Of a stretch of DNA of 64,000 bases, positions 26,301 through 40,100 are shown in pieces (positions within the stretch are counted from its first letter, which is position 1; each line of letters begins with the position of its first letter). Location: positions 12,510,771-12,574,770 of the forward strand of contig NC_092676.1 in assembly GCF_964355755.1 (NCBI RefSeq). Direction: 5' to 3'. The notes beneath the pieces are model-generated. The model was not told the origin of the DNA. It did no database searches and worked only from the letters and a program-made list of their open reading frames with translations. The DNA comes from Antedon mediterranea. Lineage: Eukaryota > Animalia > Echinodermata. The position numbers were made by a program, and so were the translations under genes.

Positions 26301-28849
26301 AAAACATCAAAGTGCTTAAAATCACATTTGAAACCGTTTTAGAGCATTTTTAGCATTTCGATAATACTTTTCACACAAAAACATCAAAGTGTACAAAATA
26401 GCTTCAAATCGCATTTGGAGACGTTTTAGACCATTTTGTGCATTTCGATGAAACTTGGTTACACAAAAACATCAAAGTGCTTAAAATCACATTTGAAACC
26501 GTTTTAGACCATTTTGAGCATTTCGATAAAACTTTTCACACAAAAAAATCAAAGTGCACAAAATAGCTTCAAATCGCATTTGGAGACGTTTTAGACTATT
26601 TTGTGCATTTTGAAAAAATTTGTTAACATAAAAAGACCAAAGTGTTTAGAATATCTCCAAATCGCATTTGGAGACGTTTTAAACCATTTTGTGCATTTCG
26701 ATGGAACTTGGTTACACAAAAACATCAAAGTGCTTAAAATCACATTTAAAACCGTTTTAGAGCATTTTGAGCATTTCGATAAAACTTTTCACACAAAAAC
26801 ATCAAAGTGTACAAAATAGCTTCAAATCGCATTTAGAGACGTTTTAGACCATTTTGTGCATTTCGATAAAACTTTTCACACAAAAACATCAAATTGCACA
26901 AATAGCTTAATACCGTGTTTGAAATCGTTTTAAACCATTTTGAGCATGTCGATAAAACTTTTCACAAAAAAACATCAAAGTGCACAGAATAGCTTCAAAT
27001 CGCATTTGGAGACGTTTTAAACCATTTTGTGCATTTCGATAAAACTTTTCACATAAAAACAACAAAGTGTACAAAATAGCTTCAAATCGCATTTGGAGAC
27101 GTTTTAGACCATTTTGTGTATTTCGATGAAACTCATCAAAGTGCTTAAAATCACATTTGAAACCGTTTTAGAGCATTTTGAGCATTTCGATAAAACTTTT
27201 CACACAAAAACATCAAAGTTTACAAAATAGCTTCAAATCACATTTGAAACCGTTTTAGACCATATTGAGCATTTCGATAAAACTTTTCACACAAAAAAAT
27301 CAAAGTGTACAAAATAGCTTCAAATCGCATTTGGAGACGTTTTAGACCATTTTGTGTATTTCGATGAAACTTGGTTACACAAAAACATCAAAGTGCTTAA
27401 AATCACATTTGAAAGCGTTTTAGAGCATTTTTAGCATTTCGATAATACTTTTCACACAAAAACATCAAAGTGTACAAAATAGCTTCAAATCGCATTTGGA
27501 GACGTTTTAGACCATTTTGTGCATTTCGATGAAACTTGGTTACACAAAAACATCAAAGTGCTTAAAATCACATTTAAAACAGTTTTAGAGCATTTTGAGC
27601 ATTTCGATAAAACTTTTCACACAAAAACATCAAAGTGTACAAAATAGCTTCAAATCGCATTTAGAGACGTTTTAGACCATTTTGTGCATTTCGAAAAAAT
27701 TTGTTAACATAAAAAGACCAAAGTGTTTAGAATATCTCCAAATCGCATTTGGAGACGTTTTAGACCATTTTGTGCATTTCAATGAAACTTGGTTACACAA
27801 AAACATCAAAGTGCTTAAAATCACATTTGAAACCGTTTTAGAGCATTTTTAGCATTTCGATAATACTTTTCACACAAAAACATCAAAGTGTACAAAATAG
27901 CTTCAAATCGCATTTAGAGAGGTTTTAGACCATTTTGTGCATTTCGATAAAACTTTTCACACAAAAACATCAAAGTGTACAAAATAGCTTCAAATCGCAT
28001 TTAGAGACGTTTTAGACCATTTTGTGCATTTCGATAAAACTTTTCACACAAAAACATCAAATTGCACAAAATAGCTTAATACCGTGTTTGAAATCGTTTT
28101 AAACCATTTTGAGCATGTCGATAAAACTTTTCACAAAAAAACATCAAAGTGCACAGAATAGCTTCAAATCGCATTTGGAGACGTTTTAAACCATTTTGAG
28201 CATTTCGATAAAACTTTTCACACAAAAACATCAAAGTGTACAAAATAGCTTCAAATCGCATTTAGAGAGGTTTTAGACCATTTTGTGCATTTCGATAAAA
28301 CTTTTCACACAAAAACATCAAATTGCACAAAATAGCTTAATATCGTGTTTGAAAACGTTTTAAACCATTTTGAGCATGTCGATAAAACTTTTCACACAAA
28401 AATATCAAAGCGCACAGAATATCTTCAAATCGCATTTAGAGACGTTTTAGACCATTTTGTGCATTTCGAAAAAATTTGTTAACATAAAAAGACCAAAGTG
28501 TTTAGAATATCTCCAAATCGCATTTGGAGACGTTTTAGACCATTTTGTGCATTTCGATGAAACTTGATTACACAAAAACATCAAAGTGCTTAAAATCACA
28601 TTTAAAACCGTTTTAGAGCGTTTTGAGCATTTCGATAAACTTTTCACACAAAAACATCAAAGTGCACAAAATAGCTTCAAATCGCATTTAGAGATGTTTT
28701 AGACCATTTTGTGCATTTCGATAAAACTTTTCACACAAAAACATCAAATTGCACAAAAAAGCTTAATACCGTGTTTGAAATCGTTTTAAACCAATTTGAG
28801 CATGTCGAAAAAACTTTTCACACAAAAACATCAAAGTGCACAGAATATC

Positions 28850-31800
28850 TCCAAATCGCATTTGGAGACGTTTTAGACCATTTTGTGCATTTCGATGAAA
28901 CTTGGTTACACAAAAACATCAAAGTGCTTAAAATCACATTTGAAACCGTTTTAGAGCATTTTGAGCATTTCGATAATACTTTTCACACAAAACATCAAAG
29001 TGTACAAAATAGCTTCAAATCGCATTTGGAGACGTTTTAGACCATTTTGTGCATTTCGATGAAACTTGGTTACACAAAAACATCAAAGTGCTTAAAATCA
29101 CATTTGAAACCGTTTTAGACCATTTTGAGCATTTCGATAAAACTTTTCACACAAAAAAATCAAAGTGCACAAAATAGCTTCAAATCGCATTTGGGGACGT
29201 TTTAGACTATTTTGTGCATTTCGAAAAAAATTGTTAACATAAAAAGACCAAAGTGTTTAGAATATCTCCAAATCGCATTTGGAGACGTTTTAAACCATTT
29301 TGTGCATTTCGATGGAACTTGGTTACACAAAAACATCAAAGTGCTTAAAATCACATTTAAAACCGTTTTAGAGCATTTTTAGCATTTCGATAAAACTTTT
29401 CACACAAAAACATCAAAGTGTACAAAATAGCTTCAAATCGCATTTAGAGAGGTTTTAGACAATTTTGTGCATTTCGATAAAACTTTTCACACAAAAACAT
29501 CAAAGTGTACAAAATAGCTTCAAATTGCATTTAGAGACGTTTTAGACCATTTTGTGCATTTCGATAAAACTTTTCACACAAAAACATCAAATTGCACAAA
29601 ATCGTTTTAAACCATTTTAAATCGTTTTAAACCATTTTGAGCATGTCGATAAAACTTTTCACAAAAAACATCAAAGTGCACAGAATAGCTTCAAATTGCA
29701 TTTGGAGACGTTTTAGAGCATTTTGTGCATTTCGATAAAATGTGTTAACATAAAAAGACCAAAGTGTTTAGAATATCTTCAAATCACATTTGGAGACGTT
29801 TTAGACCATTTTTTGCATTTCGATGAAACTTGGTTACACAAAAACATCAAAGTGCTTAAAATCACATTTGAAACCGTTTTAGAGCATTTTGAGCATTTCG
29901 ATAAAACTTTTCACACAAAAACATCAAAGTGTACAAAATAGCTTCAAATCGCATTTAGAGACGTTTTAGACCATTTTTTGCATTTCGATGAAACTTGGTT
30001 ACACAAAAACATCAAAGTGCTTAAAATCACATTTAAAACCGTTTTAGAGCATTTTTAGCATTTCGATAAAACTTTTCACACAAAAACATCAAAGTGTACA
30101 AAATAGCTTCAAATCGCATTTAGAGAGGTTTTAGACAATTTTGTGCATTTCGATAAAACTTTTCACACAAAAACATCAAAGTGTACAAAATAGCTTCAAA
30201 TTGAATTTAGAGACGTTTTAGACCATTTTTTGCATTTCGATAAAACTTTTCACACAAAAACATCAAATTGCACAAAATCGTTTTAAACCATTTTAAATCG
30301 TTTTAAACCATTTTGAGCATTTCGATAAAACTTTTCACAAAAAACATCAAAGTGCACAGAATAGCTTCAAATTGCATTTGGAGACGTTTTAGAGCATTTT
30401 GTGCATTTCGATAAAATGTGTTAACATAAAAAGACCAAAGTGTTTAGAATATCTTCAAATCACATTTGGAGACGTTTTAGACCATTTTTTGCATTTCGAT
30501 GAAACTTGGTTACACAAAAACATCAAAGTGCTTAAAATCACATTTGAAACCGTTTTAGAGCATTTTGAGCATTTCGATAAAACTTTTCACACAAAAACAT
30601 CAAAGTGTACAAAATAGCTTCAAATCGCATTTAGAGACGTTTTAGACCATTTTGTGCATTTCGAAAAAATTTGTTAACATAAAAAGACCAAAGTGTTTAG
30701 AATATCTCCAAATCGCATTTGGAGACGTTTTAGACCATTTTGTGCATTTCGATGAAACTTGGTTACACAAAAACATCAAAGTGCTTAAAATCACATTTGA
30801 AACCGTTTTAGAGCATTTTTAGCATTTCGATAATACTTTTCACACAAAAACATCAAAGTGTACAAAATAGCTTCAAATCGCATTTGGAGACGTTTTAGAC
30901 CATTTTGTGCATTTCGAAAAAATTTGTTAACATAAAAAGACCAAAGTGTTTAGAATATCTCCAAATCGCATTTGGAGACGTTTTAGACCATTTTGTGCAT
31001 TTCGATGAAACTTGGTTACACAAAAACATCAAAGTGCTTAAAATCACATTTGAAACCGTTTTAGAGCATTTTTAGCATTTCGATAATACTTTTCACACAA
31101 AAACATCAAAGTGTACAAAATAGCTTCAAATCGCATTTGGAGACGTTTTAGACCATTTTGTGCATTTCGATGAAACTTGGTTACACAAAAACATCAAAGT
31201 GCTTAAAATCACATTTGAAACCGTTTTAGACCATTTTGAGCATTTCGATAAAACTTTTCACACAAAAAAATCAAAGTGCACAAAATAGCTTCAAATCGCA
31301 TTTGGAGACGTTTTAGACTATTTTGTGCATTTTGAAAAAATTTGTTAACATAAAAAGACCAAAGTGTTTAGAATATCTCCAAATCGCATTTGGAGACGTT
31401 TTAGACCATTTTGTGCATTTCAATGAAACTTGGTTACACAAAAACATCAAAGTGCTTAAAATCACATTTGAAACCGTTTTAGAGCATTTTTAGCATTTCG
31501 ATAATACTTTTCACACAAAAACATCAAAGTGTACAAAATAGCTTCAAATCGCATTTAGAGAGGTTTTAGACCATTTTGTGCATTTCGATAAAACTTTTCA
31601 CACAAAAACATCAAAGTGTACAAAATAGCTTCAAATCGCATTTAGAGACGTTTTAGACCATTTTGTGCATTTCGATAAAACTTTTCACACAAAAACATCA
31701 AATTGCACAAAATAGCTTAATACCGTGTTTGAAATCGTTTTAAACCATTTTGAGCATGTCGATAAAACTTTTCACAAAAAAACATCAAAGTGTTTAGAAT

Positions 31801-34100
31801 ATCTCCAAATCGCATTTGGAGACGTTTTAGACCATTTTGTGCATTTCGATGAAACTTGGTTACACAAAAACATCAAAGTGCTTAAAATCACATTTGAAAC
31901 CGTTTTAGAGCATTTTGAGCATTTCGATAAAACTTTTCAAACAAAAACATCAAAGTGTACAAAATAGCTTCAAATCACATTTGAAACCGTTTTAGACCAT
32001 TTTGAGCATTTCGATAAAACTTTTCACACAAAAACATCAAAGTGTACAAAATAGCTTCAAATCGCATTTGGAGACGTTTTAGACCATTTTGTGCATTTCG
32101 ATGAAACTTGGTTACACAAAAACATCAAAGTGCTTAAAATCACATTTGAAACCGTTTTAGAGCATTTTTAGCATTTCGATAATACTTTTCACACAAAACA
32201 TCAAAGTGTACAAAATAGCTTCAAATCGCATTTGGAGACGTTTTAGACCATTTTGTGCATTTCGATGAAACTTGGTTACACAAAAACATCAAAGTGCTTA
32301 AAATCACATTTGAAACCGTTTTAGACCATTTTGAGCATTTCGATAAAACTTTTCACACAAAAAAATCAAAGTGCACAAAATAGCTTCAAATCGCATTTGG
32401 GGACGTTTTAGACTATTTTGTGCATTTCGAAAAAAATTGTTAACATAAAAAGACCAAAGTGTTTAGAATATCTCCAAATCGCATTTGGAGACGTTTTAAA
32501 CCATTTTGTGCATTTCGATGGAACTTGGTTACACAAAAACATCAAAGTGCTTAAAATCACATTTAAAACCGTTTTAGAGCATTTTTAGCATTTCGATAAA
32601 ACTTTTCACACAAAAACATCAAAGTGTACAAAATAGCTTCAAATCGCATTTAGAGAGGTTTTAGACAATTTTGTGCATTTCGATAAAACTTTTCACACAA
32701 AAACATCAAAGTGTACAAAATAGCTTCAAATTGCATTTAGAGACGTTTTAGACCATTTTGTGCATTTCGATAAAACTTTTCACACAAAAACATCAAATTG
32801 CACAAAATCGTTTTAAACCATTTTAAATCGTTTTAAACCATTTTGAGCATGTCGATAAAACTTTTCACAAAAAACATCAAAGTGCACAGAATAGCTTCAA
32901 ATTGCATTTGGAGACGTTTTAGAGCATTTTGTGCATTTCGATAAAATGTGTTAACATAAAAAGACCAAAGTGTTTAGAATATCTTCAAATCACATTTGGA
33001 GACGTTTTAGACCATTTTTTGCATTTCGATGAAACTTGGTTACACAAAAACATCAAAGTGCTTAAAATCACATTTGAAACCGTTTTAGAGCATTTTGAGC
33101 ATTTCGATAAAACTTTTCACACAAAAACATCAAAGTGTACAAAATAGCTTCAAATCGCATTTAGAGACGTTTTAGACCATTTTTTGCATTTCGATGAAAC
33201 TTGGTTACACAAAAACATCAAAGTGCTTAAAATCACATTTAAAACCGTTTTAGAGCATTTTTAGCATTTCGATAAAACTTTTCACACAAAAACATCAAAG
33301 TGTACAAAATAGCTTCAAATCGCATTTAGAGAGGTTTTAGACAATTTTGTGCATTTCGATAAAACTTTTCACACAAAAACATCAAAGTGTACAAAATAGC
33401 TTCAAATTGCATTTAGAGACGTTTTAGACCATTTTGTGCATTTCGATAAAACTTTTCACACAAAAACATCAAATTGCACAAAATCGTTTTAAACCATTTT
33501 AAATCGTTTTAAACCATTTTGAGCATTTCGATAAAACTTTTCACAAAAAACATCAAAGTGCACAGAATAGCTTCAAATTGCATTTGGAGACGTTTTAGAG
33601 CATTTTGTGCATTTCGATAAAATGTGTTAACATAAAAAGACCAAAGTGTTTAGAATATCTTCAAATCACATTTGGAGACGTTTTAGACCATTTTTTGCAT
33701 TTCGATGAAACTTGGTTACACAAAAACATCAAAGTGCTTAAAATTACATTTGAAACCGTTTTAGAGCATTTTGAGCATTTCGATAAAACTTTTCACACAA
33801 AAACATCAAAGTGTACAAAATAGCTTCAAATCGCATTTAGAGACGTTTTAGACCATTTTGTGCATTTCGAAAAAATTTGTTAACATAAAAAGACCAAAGT
33901 GTTTAGAATATCTCCAAATCGCATTTGGAGACGTTTTAGACCATTTTGTGCATTTCGATGAAACTTGGTTACACAAAAACATCAAAGTGCTTAAAATCAC
34001 ATTTGAAACCGTTTTAGAGCATTTTTAGCATTTCGATAATACTTTTCACACAAAAACATCAAAGTGTACAAAATAGCTTCAAATCGCATTTGGAGACGTT
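28850..34100 (+). repeat. Direct repeat of about 2 kb at 3206-bp spacing, each copy containing the 676-bp tandem pair
   Basis: ORFs 29723/30399 recur at 32929/33605. Marker 20-bp duplications are at 29599/30275 and 32805/33481. Boundaries are approximate. Confidence 0.8.
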
Positions 34101-34139
34101 TTAGACCATTTTGTGCATTTCGATGAAACTTGGTTACAC

Positions 34140-37100
34140 AAAAACATCAAAGTGCTTAAAATCACATTTGAAACCGTTTTAGACCATTTTGAGCATTTCG
34201 ATAAAACTTTTCACACAAAAAAATCAAAGTGCACAAAATAGCTTCAAATCGCATTTGGAGACGTTTTAGACTATTTTGTGCATTTTGAAAAAATTTGTTA
34301 ACATAAAAAGACCAAAGTGTTTAGAATATCTCCAAATCGCATTTGGAGACGTTTTAAACCATTTTGTGCATTTCGATGGAACTTGGTTACACAAAAACAT
34401 CAAAGTGCTTAAAATCACATTTAAAACCGTTTTAGAGCATTTTGAGCATTTCGATAAAACTTTTCACACAAAAACATCAAAGTGTACAAAATAGCTTCAA
34501 ATCGCATTTAGAGAGGTTTTAGACCATTTTGTGCATTTCGATAAAACTTTACACACAAAAACATCAAAGTGTACAAAATAGCTTCAAATCGCATTTAGAG
34601 AGGTTTTAGACCATTTTGTGCATTTCGATAAAACTTTTCACACAAAAACATCAAATTGCACAAAATAGCTTAATATCGTGTTTGAAAACGTTTTAAACCA
34701 TTTTGAGCATGTCGATAAAACTTTTCACACAAAAATATCAAAGCGCACAGAATATCTTCAAATCGCATTTAGAGACGTTTTAGACCATTTTGTGCATTTC
34801 GAAAAAATTTGTTAACATAAAATGACCAAAGTGTTTAGAATATCTCCAAATCGCATTTGGAGACGTTTTAGACCATTTTGTGCATTTCGATGAAACTTGA
34901 TTACACAAAAACATCAAAGTGCTTAAAATCACATTTAAAACCGTTTTAGAGCGTTTTGAGCATTTCGATAAACTTTTCACACAAAAACATCAAAGTGCAC
35001 AAAATAGCTTCAAATCGCATTTAGAGATGTTTTAGACCATTTTGTGCATTTCGATAAAACTTTTCACACAAAAACATCAAATTGCACAAAAAAGCTTAAT
35101 ACCGTGTTTGAAATCGTTTTAAACCAATTTCAGCATGTCGAAAAAACTTTTCACACAAAAACATCAAAGTGCACAGAATATCTTCAAATCGCATTTAGAG
35201 ACGTTTTAGACCATTTTGTGCATTTCGAAAAAATTTGTTAACATAAAAAGACCAAAGTGTTTAGAATATCTCCAAATCGCATTTGGAGACGTTTTAGACC
35301 ATTTTGTGCATTTCGATGAAACTTGGTTACACAAAAACATCAAAGTGCTTAAAATCACATTTGAAACCGTTTTAGAGCATTTTGAGCATTTCGATAAAAC
35401 TTTTCACACAAAAACATCAAAGTGTACAAAATAGCTTCAAATCACATTTGAAACCGTTTTAGACCATTTTGAGTATTTCGATAAAACTTTTCACACAAAA
35501 ACATCAAAGTGTACAAAATAGCTTCAAATCGCATTTGGAGACGTTTTAGACCATTTTGTGCATTTCGATGAAACTTGGTTACACAAAAACATCAAAGTGC
35601 TTAAAATCACATTTGAAACCGTTTTAGAGCATTTTTAGCATTTCGATAATACTTTTCACACAAAAACATCAAGGTGTACAAAATAGCTTCAAATCGCATT
35701 TGGAGACGTTTTAGACCATTTTGTGCATTTCGATGAAACTTGGTTACACAAAAACATCAAAGTGCTTAAAATCACATTTGAAATCGTTTTAGACCATTTT
35801 GAGCATTTCGATAAAACTTTTCACACAAAAAAATCAAAGTGCACAAAATACCTTCAAATCGCATTTGGAGACGTTTTAGACTATTTTGTGCATTTCGAAA
35901 AAATTTGTTAACATAAAAAGACCAAAGTGTTTAGAATATCTCCAAATCGCATTTGGAGACGTTTTAAATCATTTTGTGCATTTCGATGGAACTTGGTTAC
36001 ACAAAAACATCAAAGTGCTTAAAATCACATTTAAAACCGTTTTAGAGCATTTTGAGCATTTCGATAAAACTTTTCACACAAAAACATCAAAGTGTACAAA
36101 ATAGCTTCAAATCGCATTTAGAGAGGTTTTAGACCATTTTGTGCATTTCGATAAAACTTTACACACAAAAACATCAAAGTGTACAAAATAGCTTCAAATC
36201 GCATTTAGAGACGTTTTAGACCATTTTGTGCATTTCGATAAAACTTTTCACACAAAAACATCAAATTGCACAAAATAGCTTAATATCGTGTTTGAAAACG
36301 TTTTAAACCATTTTGAGCATGTCGATAAAACTTTTCACACAAAAATATCAAAGTGCACAGAATATCTTCAAATCGCATTTAGAGACGTTTTAGACCATTT
36401 TGTGCATTTCGAAAAAATTTGTTAACATAAAAAGACCAAAGTGTTTAGAATATCTCCAAATCGCATTTGGAGACGTTTTAGACCATTTTGTGCATTTCGA
36501 TGAAACTTGGTTACATAAAAACATCAAAGTGCTTAAAATCACATTTAAAACCGTTTTAGAGCGTTTTGAGCATTTCGATAAACTTTTCACACAAAAACAT
36601 CAAAGTGCACAAAATAGCTTCAAATCGCATTTAGAGATGTTTTAGACCATTTTGTGCATTTCGAAAAAACTTTTCACACAAAAACATCAAATTGCACACA
36701 ATAGCTTAATACCGTGTGTGAAATCGTTTTAAACCATTTTGAGCATGTCGATAAAACTTTTCACACAAAAACATCAAAGTGCACAGAATATCTTCAAATC
36801 GCATATAGAGACGTTTTAGACCATTTTGTGCATTTCGAAAAAATTTTTTAACATTAAAAGACCAATGTGTTTAGAATATCTCCAAATCGCATTTGGAGAC
36901 GTTTTAGACCATTTTGTGCATTTCGATGAAACTTGGTTACACAAAAACATCAAAGTGCTTAAAATCACATTTGAAACCGTTTTAGAGCATTTTGAGCATT
37001 TCGATAAAACTTTTCACACAAAAACATCAAAGTGTACAAAATAGCTTCAAATCACATTTGAAACCGTTTTAGACCATTTTGAGCATTTCGATAAAACTTT

Positions 37101-40100
37101 TCACACAAAAACATCAAAGTGTACAAAATGGCTTCAAATCGCATTTGGAGACGTTTTAGAGCATTTTGAGCATTTCGATAAAACTTTTCACACAAAAACA
37201 TCAAAGTGTACAAAATAACTTCAAATCGCATTTAGAGACGTTTTAGACCATTTTGTGCATTTTGATAAAACTTTTCACACAAAAACATCAAATTGCACAA
37301 AATAGCTTAATATCGTGTTTGAAAACGTTTTAAACCATTTTGAGCATGTCGATAAAACTTTTCACATAAAAATATCAAAGTGCACAGAATAGCTTCAAAT
37401 CGCATTTGGAGACGTTTTAGACCATTTTGTGCATTTTGATAAAACTTTTCACACAAAAACATCAAATTGCACAAAATAGCTTAATATCGTGTTTGAAAAC
37501 GTTTTAAACCATTTTGAGCATGTCGATAAAACTTTTCACTCAAAAATATCAAAGTGCACAGAATATCTTCAAATCGCATTTAGAGACGTTTTAGACCATT
37601 TTGTGCATTTCGAAAAAATTTGTTAACATAAAAAGACCAAAGTGTTTAGAATATCTCCAAATCGCATTTGGAGACGTTTTAAACCATTTTGTGCATTTCG
37701 ATGGAACTTGGTTACACAAAAACATCAAAGTGCTTAAAATCACATTTAAAACCGTTTTAGAGCATTTTGAGCATTTCGATAAAACTTTTCACACAAAAAC
37801 ATCAAAGTGTACAAAATAGCTTCAAATCGCATTTAGAGAGGTTTTAGACCATTTTGTGCATTTCGATAAAACTTTACACACAAAAACATCAAAGTGTACA
37901 AAATAGCTTCAAATCGCATTTAGAGACGTTTTAGACCATTTTGTGCATTTCGATAAAACTTTTCACACAAAAACATCAAATTGCACAAAATAGCTTAATA
38001 TCGTGTTTAAAACCGTTTTTACCATTTTGAGCATTTCGATAAACTTTTCACACAAAAACATCAAAGTGCACAAAATAGCTTCAAATCGCATTTAGAGATG
38101 TTTTAGAACATTTTGTGCATTTCGATAAAATTTTTCACACAAAAACATCAAATTGCACAAAAAACCTTAATACCGTGTTTGAAATCGTTTTAAACCAATT
38201 TGAGCATGTCGATAAAACTTTTCACACAAAAACATCAAAGTGCACAGAATATCTTCAAATCGCATTTAGAGACGTTTTAGACCATTTTGGGCATTTCGAT
38301 GAAACTTGGTTACACAAATACATAAAAGTGCTTAAAATCACATTTAAAACCGTTTTAGAGCATTTTGAGCATTTCGATAAAACTTTTCACACAAAAACAT
38401 CAAAGTGTACAAAATAGCTTCAAATCGCATTTAGAGAGGTTTTAGACCATTTTGTGCATTTCGATAAAACTTTTCACACAAAAACATCAAAGTGTACAAA
38501 ATAACTTCAAATCGTATTTTGAGACGTTTTAGACCATTTTGTGCATTTTGATAAAACTTTTCACACAAAAACATCAAATTGCACAAAATAGCTTAATATC
38601 GTGTTTGAAAACGTTTTAAACCATTTTGAGCATGTCGATAAAACTTTTCACACAAAAACATCAAATTGCACAAAATAGCTTAATATCGTGTTTGAAAACG
38701 TTTTAAACCATTTTGAGCATGTCGATAAAACTTTTCACACAAAAATATCAAAGTGCACAGAATATCTTCAAATCGCATTTAGAGACGTTTTAGACCATTT
38801 TGTGCATTTCGAAAAAATTTGTTAACATAAAAAGACCAAAGTGTTTAGAATATCTCCAAATCGCATTTGGAGACGTTTTAGACCATTTTGTGTTTTTCGA
38901 AAAAACTTTTCACACAAAAACATCAAAGTGTACAAAATTGCTTCAAATCGCATTTGGAGACGTTTTAGACCATTTTGTGATTTTCGAAAAACTTTTCACA
39001 CAAAAACATCAAAGTGTAGAAAATTGCTTCAAATCGCATTTAGAGACGTTTTAGACCATTTTGTGCATTTCGAAAAAATTTGTTAACATAAAAAGACCAA
39101 AGTGTTTAGAATATTTCCAAATCGCATTTGGAGACGTTTTAGACCATTTTGTGCATTTCGATGAAACTTGGTTACACAAAAACATCAAAGTGCTTAAAAT
39201 CACATTTAAAACCGTTTTAGAGCGTTTTGAGCATTTCGATAAACTTTTCACACAAAAAAATCAAAGTGCACAAAATAGCATTTAGAGATGTTTTAGACCA
39301 TTTTGTGCATTTCGATAAAACTTTTCACACAAAAACATCAAATTGCACAAAAAAGCTTAATACCGTGTTTGAAATCGTTTTAAACCAATTTGAGCATGTC
39401 GATAAAACTTTTCACACAAAAACATCAAAGTGCACAGAATATCTTCAAATCGCATTTAGAGACGTTTTAGACCATTTTGTGCATTTCGAAAAAATTTGTT
39501 AACATAAAAAGACCAAAGTGTTTAGAATATCTCCAAATCGCATTTGGAGACGTTTTAAACCATTTTGTGCATTTCGATGGAACTTGGTTACACAAAAACA
39601 TCAAAGTGCTTAAAATCACATTTGAAACCGTTTTAGAGCATTTTTAGCATTTCGATAATACTTTTCACACAAAAACATCAAAGTGCACAAAATAGCTTCA
39701 AATCGCATTTAGAGATGTTTTAGACCATTTTGTGCATTTCGATAAAACTTTTCACACAAAAACATCAAATTGCACAAAATAGCTTAATACCGTGTTTGAA
39801 ATCATTTTAAACCATTTTGAGCATGTCGATAAAACTTTTCACACAAAAACATCAAAGTTTTTAGAATATCTCCAAATCGCATTTGGAGACGTTTTAGACC
39901 ATTTTGTGCATTTCGATGAAACTTGGTTACACAAAAACATCAAAGTGCTTAAAATCACATTTGAAACCGTTTTAGAGCATTTTGAGCATTTCGATAAAAC
40001 TTTTCAAACAAAAACATCAAAGTGTACAAAATAGCTTCAAATCACATTTGAAACCGTTTTAGACCATTTTGAGCATTTCGATAAAACTTTTCACACAAAA

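Larger units (their letters stand above)
1..34139 (+). repeat. Higher-order repeat unit, copy 1 (34,139-bp period; phase set arbitrarily by window start)
   Basis: Every ORF from 137 to 28711 recurs with identical translation exactly 34,139 bp later (137->34276, 4661->38800, 16452->50591, 28711->62850). Rare private variants recur at the same offset, e.g. TGCGCA at 15348->49487. Confidence 0.97.
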
